A stretch of 64,000 bases of DNA from Spizellomyces punctatus DAOM BR117 (Eukaryota), in the NCBI GenBank assembly GCA_000182565.2, contig KQ257469.1. One strand, given 5' to 3'. The notes beneath the pieces are model-generated. The model was not told the DNA's origin, searched no databases, and was given only the letters and a program-made list of their open reading frames with translations. This document shows, piece after piece, positions 11,541-25,822 of this stretch (its first letter is position 1; the number at the start of each line of letters is the position of its first letter). The translations under genes were made by a program, and so were the position numbers.

Positions 11541-13343
11541 TTCAAAAGACTACAGAGAAGTGTAGTAAAGCACAGTGATATGTCAGCCTACTTGTACCTC
11601 GATTGCATTTTCATGACGTGAAGCAAATGTTCAAGCCCCCCGTTGGAGTAAACTAGCAAACCCATCAACTTTTGGCAACTTGAAGGACTGGTTTGCGCCG
11701 TAGGAGATGACTCAGAAAAATGGTATGTGCCTTCTCGCAGTTACCCAAAGACAACTAAAGCGAAACGCTCTCCCCGTGAAATGGATGTGGATGGGACCTA
11801 TATATCCATTCGCAGATCACAACATTCAAAATAGCATAAAATCATCAGAGCATATCCATACGGCAGACATTGTATCATGTAGACACTAGGGCTTGAAAGA
11901 GCGGCGCAGATATGACATACACGCATGAATAGCATGGGCATGCACCTCAAAAGCGTTTGTTACATGCTTATATTACACACACGTTTGAGAAAAGCCTTGA
12001 GCATGGACGGTAACAGGTCACCATCACTCTCCAATACCAGATTGGCCTCGAGTCTTGGCGAAAAAACATTGCCGAAGACTTGCCGAGCCAGGAAACCGCC
12101 CTACTTTTTGGCAGTGAACGTCGTAACAGATTCTCCAACGGCAATAAAATTGCCATCACACATTGGCAAAAGCACTGAAACAAGACCCAATTCGTCGTCG
12201 TCTTTCCACCAACATGCAGTCCACAAGTGTCCGATCTCGCTTTGTCCGAACATAAACAAATGCGCGTTTACATAATCTTGACTCGCGCTAGGGGAAGGAA
12301 CGCATGCCAGGAGGTGGAAACGACGACGATGATTGGGCCTTCATGGCGTGCTCAGAAGAATGACGTACGGAGGATAACGTTATCTTCCGCCGAGAATTCC
12401 GAAATGCAAAAAAAAAGCGCAGTCCCCCAGGGTTATAAAAAGGCACCCTCTCCCATATCCCCCCACTCTCTCTTCATCTTTCCTTCCGCCTCGGGATGGC
12501 ATAAAACTCGCTCCAGCCATGGGTACTGGCGTAAAACTCAACTCGGTCCAAAAGTATACCGGATAACTTTAAAGGCCGTTGTAGTAATGCAACGTGATAA
12601 CCTCTTTGAGGTGGGCGCCTGGGACTGATCGTTTGCGCGCGCCAGAAATGGAAGGAGCAACGACTCGCCGGAGCCTTCGGGTGATGATGGCATCCTCTTC
12701 GGGGGAAGGGCCTGTGATAAAGGATGAAAAGGATGAAAATAAGAAAATGATGCAAAGCAAACTCCCTTTGAAGTCCTATCCAGACACTGTATTCTCAGCG
12801 GCTTTCCCAGCAGCAAAGCACCTACCAATACTTGCACTCGCATTCAGATCAACGACAACAGACTTGCACTGAGAGATCGACCAAGGAGACCAGAAAATTG
12901 ATTTTCATCGACTTTGCCACAATGAGTGAACTCAATGCCAAAGCAGGCGTGGAAGCCAAGGTTTGGCAAACCTACGAAAAGTCCTCGCCAATGTTGCTTC
13001 ATCCGTGAAGTGAAAACGAGTCCAAAGAGGCCAGACGACCCAATCAAGGATTTCCATCGCACACTGCTAATAAAGGGCAGCACATAAAGCAGTCCAAGAT
13101 TGTCTGATAGTATTCATAAAAGGATCCGACCGCATTGGATGATCATGGTCACGCCTGTCTTTCACACAGATGAGGGTAGTGAAAGCCCACTATGCACACT
13201 CATCAACCCGAATCATATACTACGCCTCCAAAAGCTTGATGTTCCAACTCCCATCACGTTCCACATCGCAACTCTATACACCTATAAGAGACCAGTCTAC
13301 ACCAAAAAATAACTTTCAACAAAACCGCCAATGTTCCATCGCA

Positions 13344-13853
13344 TCACTCCACCGCAACTCCACCAAAATCCCTCCGCCGTCCGCCTACATGCTTATTCGT
13401 CACCTCTCTACTCACTTCCACCACCGCGTCCTCTCCACTCCCCTGTACCCGCACATGATGTACATCCACAACATACGCAGAAGTATCACACTCCCCCGTA
13501 TCCCCCGAAAAAGCCCACCCATGCAAGGGGCACACAATGGCAACGCCCCATTTAATCCCCATGTCTTCAATATCTACAAGTGATCCGCGTGAGAGAGCCC
13601 CGCCTTGATGTGGGCAGATCTGTGTAGAGAGTATTAGAAAACCCTCCTAAAACAGATCTGAGATACTGTATGAGAGTGGTAAACGCACATTATTGACGGC
13701 CCAGAATTGATTCATATCTGGGCGGTAAAAGACGGCCAAGCTTTTGGTTTTGTCATTTTCGAGGGTGATTCGGACTTTTTGGCATGTGAAGGGCTCAGTA
13801 GAGGTGAAGGAGGAGAGCGGGCCGACGGGAACGTAGGTAAGTGACGACGACAT
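13344..13853 (-). CDS. Rieske [2Fe-2S] ferredoxin-like protein (2 exons)
   Basis: Intron 13688-13620 joins FWAVNN to ICPHQGGAL. The second ligand motif is IVCPLHGWAF, giving the Rieske CxH..CxxH set. Confidence 0.9.
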
Positions 13854-14378
13854 GGTGAATGCGCAAAACGACGAGGAAGACGGGAGAGCGATTTTGATCT
13901 GGGTCATGTGATGGATCGGATCGTGGTTTGATGTAGTAATCACTGCCAACAGTTTCTTCCAATTCCCGCTTCTTGAACGGTTGCGTCTGGCTGCACATAG
14001 TGCGGAATGAGCATTTATCGAAAGGCAGGGCACTGGAGACATTCAGAGATGAAACGTACGTGCGATAGTAGGCTTGTCAGTTGGGTGGAGCAACTTGTGA
14101 GAAAAGGTCAGTGGGGCGACGCTGGGTGATGGGGACTAAATGCAGCGACCGTTCTCTGGCATGTAGACAGGCAGATCTTGATTTCTTTAACGTCCTGCTA
14201 TGTATATTCAATTGGATTCATTTGTGAAGCAAGACTTTGTGACTTCTGTAGCAAATCAGCGGTATTGGCAGTGTTTAATGCCCCAGGGGTGCGAGAGGTC
14301 CATCAGATCTCCAGAAGTTAGTCCAAGGGATAGATTCCGAATTTGTTATGAGATTGACCTTTTCAATAGTTTTTAACA

Positions 14379-14451
14379 GCTTCCTTAGCTCAGTTGGGAG
14401 AGCGTTAGACTGAAGATCTAAAGGTCTCGTGTTCAATCCACGAAGGGAGCA
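14379..14451 (+). tRNA. tRNA-Phe (GAA), intronless
   Basis: 73-nt cloverleaf: acceptor GCTTCCT/AGGGAGC, D arm GCTC/GAGC, anticodon arm TTAGA-CTGAAGA-TCTAA, T arm TCGTG-TTCAATC-CACGA. A T-run follows at about 14471. Confidence 0.97.
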
Positions 14452-14945
14452 TGCGATTCCGCTGAAAATATTTTTTCTTTGGCAATCCTCTGCGACATCT
14501 AAATTCCATATCCAAAGAGCAAAAGTCCGACAGACAAGGTAATAATGGAGATGACTCTGCAAATCTCCTCGCTGTGCCAATGACCCTCCCTTCCAGCAAA
14601 TATCACGTTAATTCTATCATAATAATCCTTTTCTGCAGTGCATCAAAGCCCAAAGCTGAGCCCCAGAGGTCCTCCTCAGACCAATTGTACAAAAGTAAAG
14701 TAGAACGTCATCCCACTGGCGCTTCCCATGTGTCATGTGATTAATTTTCTTTTCATGACGAAACGATTTCTCATTAATCCATTTTAGTATAAATGGATCC
14801 CTGTACATAATAGAACAGGCTCTCACATGATATCACATGATAATAAAGCGGTTTGCGTTCAAAATTGCACAAGGCTTCTTTGCCTTGAAGTTGTCCTCCT
14901 TCCCACGGTTGGAAATTTCCCCATCCATTTGCAACGCAGGTCGAC

Positions 14946-17048
14946 ATGGAAGAGTACATTGCCTACTACACATCCCAGGGACACGAGGACGACGACACAG
15001 AGCATGACAGTGGGTCTTTGCTCATTGTCTCCACCGCCCCCGTCACTCCCGCACGCATACCCTCTCCCAAGCCTCATTCGCCACCAAGTCACCACAACAA
15101 CCACCAGGGTCTCCCAAGATCAAAGAGTTTTGTACTAGAGGTAGGCATACACGCATTTAGGCAAAGAGTAGAGATGGTTGCTCACGCTTGGATGTAGTCA
15201 CCTCTTCGAAAAAGGCCGCAGGATCAAGGTCTCTTATTGCAGGGCCCGTCCGCAGCAACATCCACAATAGGGACTGCTGCACAAGCTACGTCGCCCTCCT
15301 CTTCCCCTTCTTCGTCTTTGGGCGCCATTCCCCTTCCCGCTCCTGCTCCTCTTCCAGCTAGCTCACACTCACACCACAATCTCCACTCGGTCCTCAACTT
15401 GGACCCGCCGCACGACTCGCGAGAGGACGAGCTGCAAGACCCTGCCGACGCCCGCGTGTATGGCGTCGCCCACATGTTTTTGAGCTCAAACACGGCTCAG
15501 CAGCAGCAGCAACAGCGGCAAGAATTAGACTCGGCACTGCCCCCTTCCTTGTCCTTGCCCTCAAAAAATGCGCAGATTTCAAAACGCTCCTCGTGGGTCA
15601 CAAAGTCCCCAAGAGCGGCATACCCGCCCACTCTTCAACAGTTTGATGTCTATCAACACATTGCTCCAGCCGTCGAGACGGGTGTGTCCAGTCCCATGGA
15701 CAAGGATGTCCAATCTTTCCTTGAGACCGATGCGTGCCTCAGCCCGATGGACCAGGAAAGTCTGTGGATGCACGAAACGGATACGCGCAGTGCTGCATAT
15801 AGCCCCATGGACCTGGACGAAAATAATGACTTGACATGCACGCACGAAAGCGACACGTGCACCCCCATGATTGTAAACGACGGTGATACATGGATCCACG
15901 CATCCCGCCAATCCGTTGTTTCGCGCTTCCCTCCAGAACTTTTGCTCCAAATATTCAGCCATTTTGATCCCCCTTCCCGCGACTCGGCTGCCTTTCTCTC
16001 CCCCGTCTCCACGACAGCGGCTCTGCGCGCCTGCGCCCTTGTTTGCCACTGGTGGAATAGAGTTGCCACCCGCGTCCTCTGGCGACGACCGCGCGTTTAT
16101 GACGCCTCGCGATTCGAGAAACTGGTTTTGTGCGTGGAAACTTCTCAACCCGACACATGTCCCAAACCCACCTACCCCTACGCCGAACTCGTCCAACACC
16201 TTTCCCTGTCCCAAACCCTCTCAGAACCTCATCGCCACGCAACGCGTCTCTCATCCCTCCTCACCCGCCTCTTGACTCTCCCCGATCTCCACCTTACGAC
16301 GCTCGATCTTGCCTTTTGCAAGGGCGTCTCCAATTTTGCTCTCCAGCGCTGCGCGCACGCTCTCCGTTCCCTCGTTTCGCTCAACCTCGCCGGAGGCGGC
16401 CGGAGCGAAATCTGCATTATCAAAGTCGCTCGCGAATGCACAAACTTGAAACGTCTTGGATTGGGTTGGAACGAAGCTGTCGGCGATTTTTGTGTCCGTG
16501 AGGTGGGCCGATGGTGTCCGCGTCTCGAGTGGATTGATTTAAGTGGGTGTTGGCGCGTGGGAGATGTAGGTGTGGTTGGTCTTGTTCGTGGGTTATCTGG
16601 GTCCCTTGATACACGCGTTATGGAAACCCCCTCCGTTCCTTCCAATGCCCCTCCCTCAGCGTTCATTAGTCTCCCACCCCCGCCGGCGGGGCCAGCTGCA
16701 GGACCAGCAGCCGGGACACCGATGCCCACGCTTCTTCTACACACTCCGCACCGCCCAACCCTAAAACACATTTCCCTCTCGTACTGCACAAACATTACAG
16801 ACGCCGCCATCCACGAACTTGTCGACCGCCTGGGTTCCTCCCTCCAAGTCGTCAATGTGATTGGATGCGGTGACATTGGCGGCGCCGTACGCCGTCTCAT
16901 CCGTTCCGCCCAACAACGCACACCCGAAGGCGGTGTGTATGTTGATGTGGATGCCATTCGGCGGTGTAGCGGAAGTGTCTTTGAAGCTACAAACAGAAGA
17001 ATTGTCATGAATGTACCAGGTTTTGTCCCATTTTATGACTGCAGCTAG
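14946..17048 (+). CDS. F-box / leucine-rich-repeat protein (SCF substrate adaptor)
   Basis: Exon 14946-15140 and a phase-0 intron to 15242. F-box FPPELLLQIFSHF..LRACALVCHWWNRVATRVLW. Cys-type LRRs: LTTLDLAFCKGVSN, LEWIDLSGCWRVGD, LKHISLSYCTNITD. Confidence 0.9.
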
Positions 17049-17164
17049 ACTTTTCTTGGGTGTTTAAGATGTGTTTTTTTTTGTAAACGTCTGTATGTGT
17101 ATGCGTGTGTATTTTATCAGGGATGGGGAGAATCTACTTGTAGCTCTTTTGTACTTAGGCTTTT

Positions 17165-20100
17165 CTACAACCCGTCAAAAACACCTTTGATGACACGTTC
17201 TTGTTCTGCCTTGTACCGCTTTCCAATACCTGTTGCTGGGACGGCTGAGGGTGGACGGCCATGATATTTCAACTAGAACCCCATTTGTGTGAGCATAAAG
17301 CGTGAGTCAAAAAACACGATTCACAAAAAGGAAATACATACCGAATGCCCTTTTGGCAACACATTGTTCAACCTTGGTTCCATAAATGTGTATGCACCCT
17401 GATTTTGGGGTTCTTCTTGGAGCCAATACCAATCTACAAAAAAGGAACCCATGGAATCAATACTTTACCACTTTCTTCTTCCAAGACGATTCCAAATACC
17501 TGTAACACCGGCATACCCGTCCACAACACTCCGCAACTCGCTCCAGGGCACCGGACAAACCTCTTCAACCCTTACAAACGCCACAGCACCCTCCAACCCT
17601 CGTTGCGCACGCTCTTTAATCAAATCATAATAAATCCTCCCCGAAACAAACACGACACGTTTGGGGTTCACAGCAGTAGGGTCGGGGAGGACGGGGTGGA
17701 ATGTCGTGCCGGGTGCCATATCGGCCAATGTCGATGTCGCGAGTGGATGTCTGAGGAGGGATTTGGGTGTGGCGAGGATGAGGGGTTTGCGGTAGGGACG
17801 GTGTAGCTATGTTGTTTTCCCTTTTTGTTAGTGGATGGAAATGGTAAGACGGGCAGAGGGGGAATGTTTACCTGTCGACGGAGGAGGTGAAAGTACTGCG
17901 CTGGTGTCGTAGGATTCGCGACATGCATATTGATGTTTTCCGTTGGGCCATCGAATCCTTCATCGCACAACTACGCCAAAAGAAAACAAGAAAACGTCTG
18001 AGGAACATAAAACACATTTAAACATCACACATTTACTCACCTGCAAAAATCTCTCGACCCTCGCACTACTATGCTCAGGACCTCCCCCTTCCAATCCATG
18101 TGGCAACAAGAGCACCAACCCAGACTGTCTCAACCATTTAGCTTCCCCACTCCCCAAAAACGTATCAACAACAATCTGCGCCCCATTAAAGAAATCCCCA
18201 AACTGGGCTTCCCAAATACAGAGCCGACGGGGCGTTTCAATACTCATGCCGTATTCGAATCCCATGACTGCGAATTCGCTGAGTGATGAGTTGGCGATCT
18301 CGAGTTTGGAGGATGAAAGGGTGTTTAAGGGTATGGTTGTCCGTTCAGTGTTTTGGTCAACGAGCATTACATGCCGTTGGGAAAAGGTTCCGCGGCCGAC
18401 ATCTTGGCCTGATATCCGGACAGGGAAACCTAATACGCCCCAATCAAAGTCAAAATACACTCGGAACATAATGACACGGATAAACAACCACACACCTTCC
18501 AATAACAGACTCCCAAAAGCAAGTGCCTCGCCCGTAGCCCAATCCAACCCCTTCCCGTCTTCCAATTTCCGTAGCCGAGTATCTACATGGTATTTTTGGA
18601 TACGCGGATGCACGACCTAGTATCATCCACGTCAATGCCGTTGGTTTGTTGCAGTACAAATCAGAAAATGTACATACCGTTCCAGAAGGAGTCTGAACAG
18701 ACTTTTGCCCAACTTCTTTCAAAACCTCCACATCAACACCTAGTATTCCGTTAATACACGGTATACCGGTCTGCACATTTACATACAAGGTACATACCCG
18801 TCTGCGGTGCGCTGATGACTTGCCGTGGAATAGTCATCCCGGACCATTTACCTTTCAATGTATCCGCCTACATGCATAAAGCGGCACATTAGATCACAGC
18901 GATCGTGCAAAGAGATAGTGTGCATACCGTAGGCGTGAACGAATAACTGTCTTCTAAATGCCGATCTAATTGCTCGAAATACTTTGTACGAAGGGTTTCG
19001 ATTTCTTGTTTATCGCCTAATACCTTGTCGTTCTAGAAACCAATTACTTCAAATTCAGTATTTTACATGTACACTCGCTACGAAATGCATACCATCAACT
19101 TCTCTTCATAGAGTCTCGGAACACTCTTTCGGCCTCGAATGTTGGCGTACATGGATGGTTGTGTAAATGCTACGTAATCTCAGTCATGGAATAGATGTAT
19201 TGAATACGGATTGAAAGGCGATACATACCAGGCTCATCCAACTCATTGTGTCCCATCCGACGGTACGCAATTAAATCAATAATAACATCTTTGCGAAACT
19301 TGTTTCTGTATTCAAATGCTATGGCCGTTGCCCTTGCCACATCCTACCAAAGACAAAAAAAATCGACATCAGCCCACGCCCATTTCTCACGAAAGACGTA
19401 AACGAGAAATCAGACAAACTCACCTCGGGGAAATCCCCATTGACATGAATAACCGGACATGAAATCATTTTCGCTACATCCGAGCTATAGTAACTGGATC
19501 GAGCGTTCATGGCGGGTGTCGTGTATCCAATCTGGTTATTAACAATGACGTGCACGGATCCTCCTGCCGTGAAATGCGGGAGGTTGGCTAGACCTAGCGT
19601 TTCGGTTACGACTCCCTAAACAATAAGCCCATGAATACCACCAACAAAATCACAGAAATCCATTATACGATCCTCACCTGCCCACAAAATGCAGCATCCC
19701 CATGCATCTGAATACACATGACACGATCCCCAATGTAGCAATCCGTTTCCGAGCCGCTTTCATACAAGTACATTTGCTTTGCCCGGGCTTTGCCGAGAGC
19801 GACGGGGTTGGCTGCCTATGTTGCGTCGGTTAACAATATACGCAGATACAAAAACCATGCACGAAATAAAGAACATACCTCCAAATGAGACGGGTTATGC
19901 AACATGGATACATGAACAGGATGTTTCGCGCCATACGACAAGTCCACCGAAGTAGCTAAAAAAAATCAATCAGCATCAGCACCCGCTTCCAGCACAAAAC
20001 ATTACAAATTGAAACCAACCTAAATGCGACAGTACATCCCCACACCCTGGGATATCATCCGGAAACTCTGCGTTCCCCTTCACTTTATGAAACAAGGCTG

Positions 20101-21233
20101 TCGGGTTATATTTCAGTAGGTCTGTCAAGAGGTTAAGACGGCCTCGATGGGGCATGCAGAGGACAATATCGCGTATTCCGGCTGTAACAAACGTGGTTTA
20201 AGGCATGCAGCTTGTAGCTAGGCGGGGAAAAGGATAATACATACCATAGTTGGCTTCCTTGAACAAAGCGTCGAGAACAATCTAAGGAGCAGATTAGAAT
20301 ACCGTTGATCAACGTGTCAAATGAAAAATGGGGGAAACGTACCATCATACTCTCGGCACCCTCTAATCCGTATCGCTTCACCTGCGGAAACCTTTTTGCC
20401 ATGAAATGATCAAAGACCTAAAAAGAAGGGTAACTAAAACAAATAATGACAACACAAGAACCCGACAAATACGATACCTCTGATTTGGTCAACAATTCGA
20501 AAATCCGTTTCTTGTCCCCATCTGTTAACGGTTTGACCGGATCTGACTCGACGAGCGTCGCAAACCATTTCCGTTCACTTAAATTCTATAAAAGAACTTA
20601 ATACCAAAGTATCCCACTTGTAAGCTAGAGTCACGTACCGGAATGTGCGTAAACTCAAATCCAATCCTCCCACAGTAAACGTTTCGCAAATGTGTCATAA
20701 TCTCTTGCAAACTCGCTTGCTGCTTATCCATGTGGAGGATTCCTTCTAATGTATACGTTCCTTCCGATAAGCCGTATCGGGTGGGATCCAATTGAAACAC
20801 ATGACTATATAAAGTTAGTGTTGGACTATGGAGGCATTACATTAAGATGACTTACTCGGCAGGCGTTAATCCCAAGGGATCAAGATTGGCAACCCGATGC
20901 CCATGAACACGATACATGTGTACAAGACGAACAAGATTGGCTTGTGCATTCCTATTTTGCTTTTCTTCATTCGTATCTAAACAGAGCGTCAACACACAGC
21001 GTCAACACACAGCGTCAACACGGGACATTCAATTCCATTCCATATTGCAATTCCCACATACAATCAGGCATTTCAAATACCCTCGGCGTCCGAAACCCAT
21101 ATATATCCCGGTCGTAATTGTATCGTCCCACTACAGTGGCATGAAAACTCCGTACCGCGCATCGTGGAAATCTTATTGCCGGTAGAACGCGGACTAGGCG
21201 GTGCATCCTAAGAAGCGACATGCTGCTCCTCAT
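17165..21233 (-). CDS. DHTKD1: 2-oxoacid dehydrogenase E1, DHTKD1-like (2-oxoadipate dehydrogenase); many introns
   Basis: Motifs [92 protein letters not shown]. The N-terminal DIYGFR and the FFNGAQ/GEAKW variants fit DHTKD1 better than OGDH/KGD1. Arg-rich mitochondrial-type presequence. Confidence 0.85.
20985..21021. repeat. 13-bp tandem repeat AGCGTCAACACAC x3 in the first intron of the DHTKD1-like gene
   Basis: Units start at 20985, 20998 and 21011; the last is truncated. Confidence 0.85.
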
Positions 21234-22214
21234 GTCAGTAACGTAATGTCTACATGTTCTCCCATGTCAGACCCTTGATAATACCTTGCAATCTCTACAC
21301 GGAATGCCCCCGTTCGCGGATTCCTTTCAAACGTCCCTTAAATGCGCAGACCTTTAAGAAGCCGCGCATCCCAATTTTGGGCTACAACGTCGCCACGAGT
21401 TTTTGGTGTCGTGTCACCTGAGCAGGTTTCCCGTTTGTGGATTTACATCGTGGACGCTTTTTGTCCGGAAATGGCTTTTGGCCGACGATATTTGCATTGC
21501 AATAACGGACGGATTGGAGTGGTATGAGATGTATTTAATTGTTATAAAGGGTTGGAAGACTGTTGGTATGTTTCTATGGATTCTTCTCCGGTAAAGTCCA
21601 ATGAAAGGCTTCTTGGACCAACCTCCTTTTGAATGGCTATTACATGGACGGGTAGGTCATTGTCACTGCATCCAGTAGGGACTTTCAAGTTACCACGCTC
21701 AATCGTAAAACTCACGCTTGCTAGATTGGTATTTCAACATGGCTCCTGTTGGCTAGCTCTGGTTAATAACGGGGAGCAATTACATAATGTCAACATATAT
21801 GTATTCATCTGTCGCTATGCTTGGGAACATGTCCAATTGGGTAAAAGTTCTGGATTCATGCTCGGAAAGGATAAGTGAGTGGCTTGGAGGATGTTGGTGT
21901 ATAGATGCCATGCGTTAAGAGCCATTCAAAGGTCGGCCTCCGTTAATGGGTCCAACGCCCATACTTGCAAAAAAATCAGCAATCATTTCTGCTATGTTCT
22001 TTGAATCCCATACATGGCTGGGTGCGGCGAGTGCGACAGCACTTTCACTGAATACGACATGACCAACGGGAGGAAGAAGCCTTCGTTCGACCGACTGTAC
22101 GCTTTAATGCCTGAACTTTCGTCATGAGATGATCGAGCTGCACGTGACTCTGTTCATCATCGAAAGATCACCCCCAAACCCCGTCATGTCGCTGGTTACC
22201 ATCACAAAGCCATC

Positions 22215-22725
22215 ATGCCCTCCACTACAACTCTTTACAGCCTAACAGCTCTCTCAGCTCCCGTCTTCGCCCTCGGAGCCGGAATCTCCCTTCTCAGAAA
22301 CCAACAGAAGCGCCCTTTCGGAACCAAAGACGATCCAACAGATCCTCTGACCAAACTGGTCGTTGCGCACCGGAATGCAACAGAGTACGCTGGAGTGCTC
22401 GTCCCCCTTATTCTGGTTGTGGATGCGAGGTGCCGTGGACGTGCGGTTGATGGGATCGTGATTGGAGCGGTTGTTTGCCGGAGTTTGTGAGTGTTGGGTT
22501 TGGTATGGCATATCAGATTATGTTGTTGATTTGCTTGCTTTAGGGTTATTGCATCGTTGGCCACCTGTCGATCTTTGACTGAGGTGGGCATTGGGAGGTT
22601 GGTTGGGGCTTGGGGAACATGTGAGTATACCTTTGCTTTTACTCTGTGCAATGTGATGCTGAAACTCGGCAATTTTCGTAGATATTTTTGGAGGAATTTT
22701 GGCGTTCCTTCCTCTCTGTTTTTGA
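22215..22725 (+). CDS. MAPEG-family membrane protein (3 exons)
   Basis: ISLLR..LVVAHRNATEY (MAPEG AHxNxxEY), VCRSL, GRLVGAWGTY. Two GT-AG introns; TGA stop at 22723-22725. Confidence 0.75.
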
Positions 22726-22952
22726 GATATTTTAATGTAGCCGTCGGTCTAGATCCAGAGTCTTGTATGCAATGGCTTGGGTCTTGAGAATGTTTGAAAC
22801 GCACTCATCATCGAAAATGTTTGGATGTAATCATGCCAATTTGTCAAATATATTCGTGAATATTGCCACGTGCAATGCTGGCAAATACGTAAACCATATT
22901 TCACATCCAGGTACTCGCTCGTCCATTAATCAAGAAATCTGTTTCCGGGTCA

Positions 22953-25003
22953 TCACCGCCCAACTGCAATGTCGCTTTTCCGAGCACCAATGTCGCCATT
23001 CACATCAACACCGTGCTTCCCATCGGCCCGATCTCCAAAGCTACGAGCGAGTTTCCCCACTTTTGAATGGTTCCAGCCCTGTCATATCTCAATTAGCTTG
23101 TTGAATCAAGCCCGCCTTGACAACTGGTTAGCTTACCGCAATGTACATTGCGTATTTCCAGCGGCTGGTTCGGGAAAAGACGGTGGACGCCACCCAGTAA
23201 AGCAGCTCACCATATGAATCTGTGGCGGTATCGTCAACACAACCCACAACAAAAACTAGACCAGCAAAGCAACTTACAAAAGGCCAATCCAGTCTCCTCC
23301 CACCTATTATATCCTCCCCACAACCTACTCTTCACACCCTCCTCACCAACCCATTTGCGGCTTTTGGCATCCACCGAAGACTTTGCTTTACGCTTTGTAA
23401 CCCATGTGGCCGCCTCCATAGGCGTAGGGCGCGTAGCGGGGTCCAGTAGGAAGGTTAGTAAAAGTCGTGTTAGGACACCAATATGAATGTGTCCCGCAGT
23501 CGCGACGGCATCAACATAGGCCTTTGGTAAAGAAACATTGAGATGGCTTGGTCATGTTTTTGTAGAAAAACAGTGAAGACTTACATCGTTGAGGAAAAGC
23601 ATCGTGGGATATTTTGGTGGAAACGCAACACAAAAGAGATTGGGAGGGCGGAACTCGCCTCCTTGTGGCCCTTTCCAAATCTCATCGTCGACAAAGCCAC
23701 TATCAGGGTGTTTGAATCCGGTTGCAAAAAATACCGTGTCAGCTTCCACGTCCGCGGTGCCGCCCTCTTCAGGGAATACAGCAGGTCGTGATATCATGGT
23801 TTGACTGTCCCAGGCGACGCCGGTAACTTTGACTCCAGTAGATGTAAATGTGTCCAGTTTTCCGCGGATGTAGCGAATCTTGTTATTGCGGATTAGGTCT
23901 AGGTAGCGGGTGTTTAGACAGGGTGTCGAGGCGTAGAAGGGACGTTTAGGTGTCATGCCCTGGTTATTATGTGAGATAATGCTTGCGGCCAGCGTGAAAA
24001 GGGACAAGAGCACTTACGTGGAGTTCAGAGCCGTACCAAAAGCGACGGAGAAAGATTTCAAATAGGAAGCCCAATTGAGCTGGGAGCATGCTTGCGATGC
24101 TGCTCAGCAGAACCCCTCTCGGCATACTACCAAGGGCAGCAGCAACAAGAGAAATATTAGCCAGCGCAACCAACACTGAACCGGGAAATAAACCACATAC
24201 ATCCACTTGTCATGCCTCGCAATAACCGTCACCTCGACCATGCCTTCTCCGCTACCCAACTTGGTCTCGTCCCCGTCCAACTTTTGCAATACATAATCGA
24301 TCACCTCCACAGCACTGGCGCCACTGCCGACAACTACAATCCGTTTACCACGGTTCAAGTCCAAATCAACCTTGTCCATCTGTGATGAATGGGCTTTGAG
24401 GCCAGCGAAATCGTCCAGGCCCTTAAACGGGGGAATAAGAATGTCCCCGCAGGTACCAACCGCAGATATAACAGCGTCGTACTCGTCCGTCCCATTGACG
24501 GTGTAGGTTTGGGTGATTGCATCGTAAGTGACCGATGTAACAGGAGTATTGAACCGAGTGCGGGAGGGTAAATCATACATTTCCCAAATCCTTCTCAATT
24601 CCACCAAAATCTCATCCCTGGATGGAAATTGGGTTCGGAATCTCACAGCAGGATGAAATCTATAGAATAGGGCTTGAAACTGTAAGGCACTTGTCTTGTT
24701 CACTCTGGCCCATACACCGCCGACTTGGTCTCCTTTTTCATATATGGTACATTCAACAGAGGATCGTATGCAGGCTGCACCGGCTGACACTCCCGTTACG
24801 CCCGCACCAATGATGGCTACCCGCGGTCGGGCGCTCTGCGGTTTGGTGCTCTTGGAAGGGAGCCAAGGGTACCAGCCTTGGTTGGCTGCCCAAGCAAGAA
24901 GACGGGAGACACCGGTTGCGAGGAAGAGGTTGATCCAGACAAAAAGGGAGATGATGGTAGTGGCGATCGACGCGAGGGTGAGACGAATGTGAAGGAACGT
25001 CAT
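22953..25003 (-). CDS. Flavin-containing monooxygenase (class B) with N-terminal membrane anchor
   Basis: FAD motif VAIIGAGVTG, GGVW, FMO fingerprint FAGLKAHSSQM, NADPH motif VVVGSGASA, and VFFATGF. Spliced through to a TGA at 22953. Confidence 0.9.
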
Positions 25004-25549
25004 GGTGCTTGAATACGGTGCTTTCGAATGGTGGTTGGAATACCAGAAGTGATGGTGAAAACAAGGGCGATGGTGCTGCTTCCAACCCTTTTAAATTTAT
25101 ATGCATCTCCCCATCTCCAAAAAGCAGAACCTTGCCAATGTTGAACCCGCGCGTTGATCGGTGATGACATCACGCGGTAATCCTCGAAATTTCCTGCAGG
25201 CGTCCAAAGTCGCTCGTCACCTTACGAAAACGTCGATTACAAGCTGCTGTTCTATTACGAATAATCTTGGAAGAGGCTGGCAGATGATGGACACTTGGCA
25301 AGATATCGAATCTTCCAAATTATAGAAGGATTTAAAATGTTTTTTTGTGAAAAATAATATTGCAATGAATCTTTTGATAAGATCCTCAGGGACACTAGCC
25401 ACGCGATCGACAAATGACGGAGCACTAGTGAAAAGATGCACAAACAAAAAGCAACGAATTTCTCTTAACAGTTCCGTAACCACATTTTATTATTCCACTT
25501 CTTTCACCAAAGCTTTAGGCTCAACGCTTGCACACAATTCACACCAAAC

Positions 25550-25822
25550 ATGTCAAACGCAGATGCAAATCCCGTTCGCAATTCTGGAGTCGATTCCTGG
25601 ACCGGCCTGCTGAATCCAGCTCATCCATCCTCTTTCCCGGCCTACTTTCCAGAACGATACCGGGAAAGCAGCGCGGGAACCTTTAATTCCTTTTCGGTAC
25701 ACGATGTGATACCTCCTGTATATCAGCCCAAGGACGAGGGATATACCTCTGCTCAAGTAGATGGCGATGACAAAATGAGAAATGACAAGAGAGAAAAGGA
25801 TGAGGCAGGGGAGAGCGCTTGA
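25550..25822 (+). CDS. Hypothetical 90-aa hydrophilic protein
   Basis: ATG in a CAAACATG context after an AC-rich leader; plausible composition; no recognisable domain. Confidence 0.35.
   Translation: MSNADANPVRNSGVDSWTGLLNPAHPSSFPAYFPERYRESSAGTFNSFSVHDVIPPVYQPKDEGYTSAQVDGDDKMRNDKREKDEAGESA

Noticed and set aside
11900-13100. Short ORFs on both strands and a TATAAAA near 12434
   Set aside because: Frames are interrupted by stops, with no recognisable domain or consistent splice pattern. A decayed gene or non-coding transcript cannot be supported.
15579-17008. Long antisense ORFs over the F-box gene (similar ones lie over MATH-BTB, the golgin, Fanzor and VMA2)
   Set aside because: Shadow frames of well-supported genes on the opposite strand, with no independent motifs.
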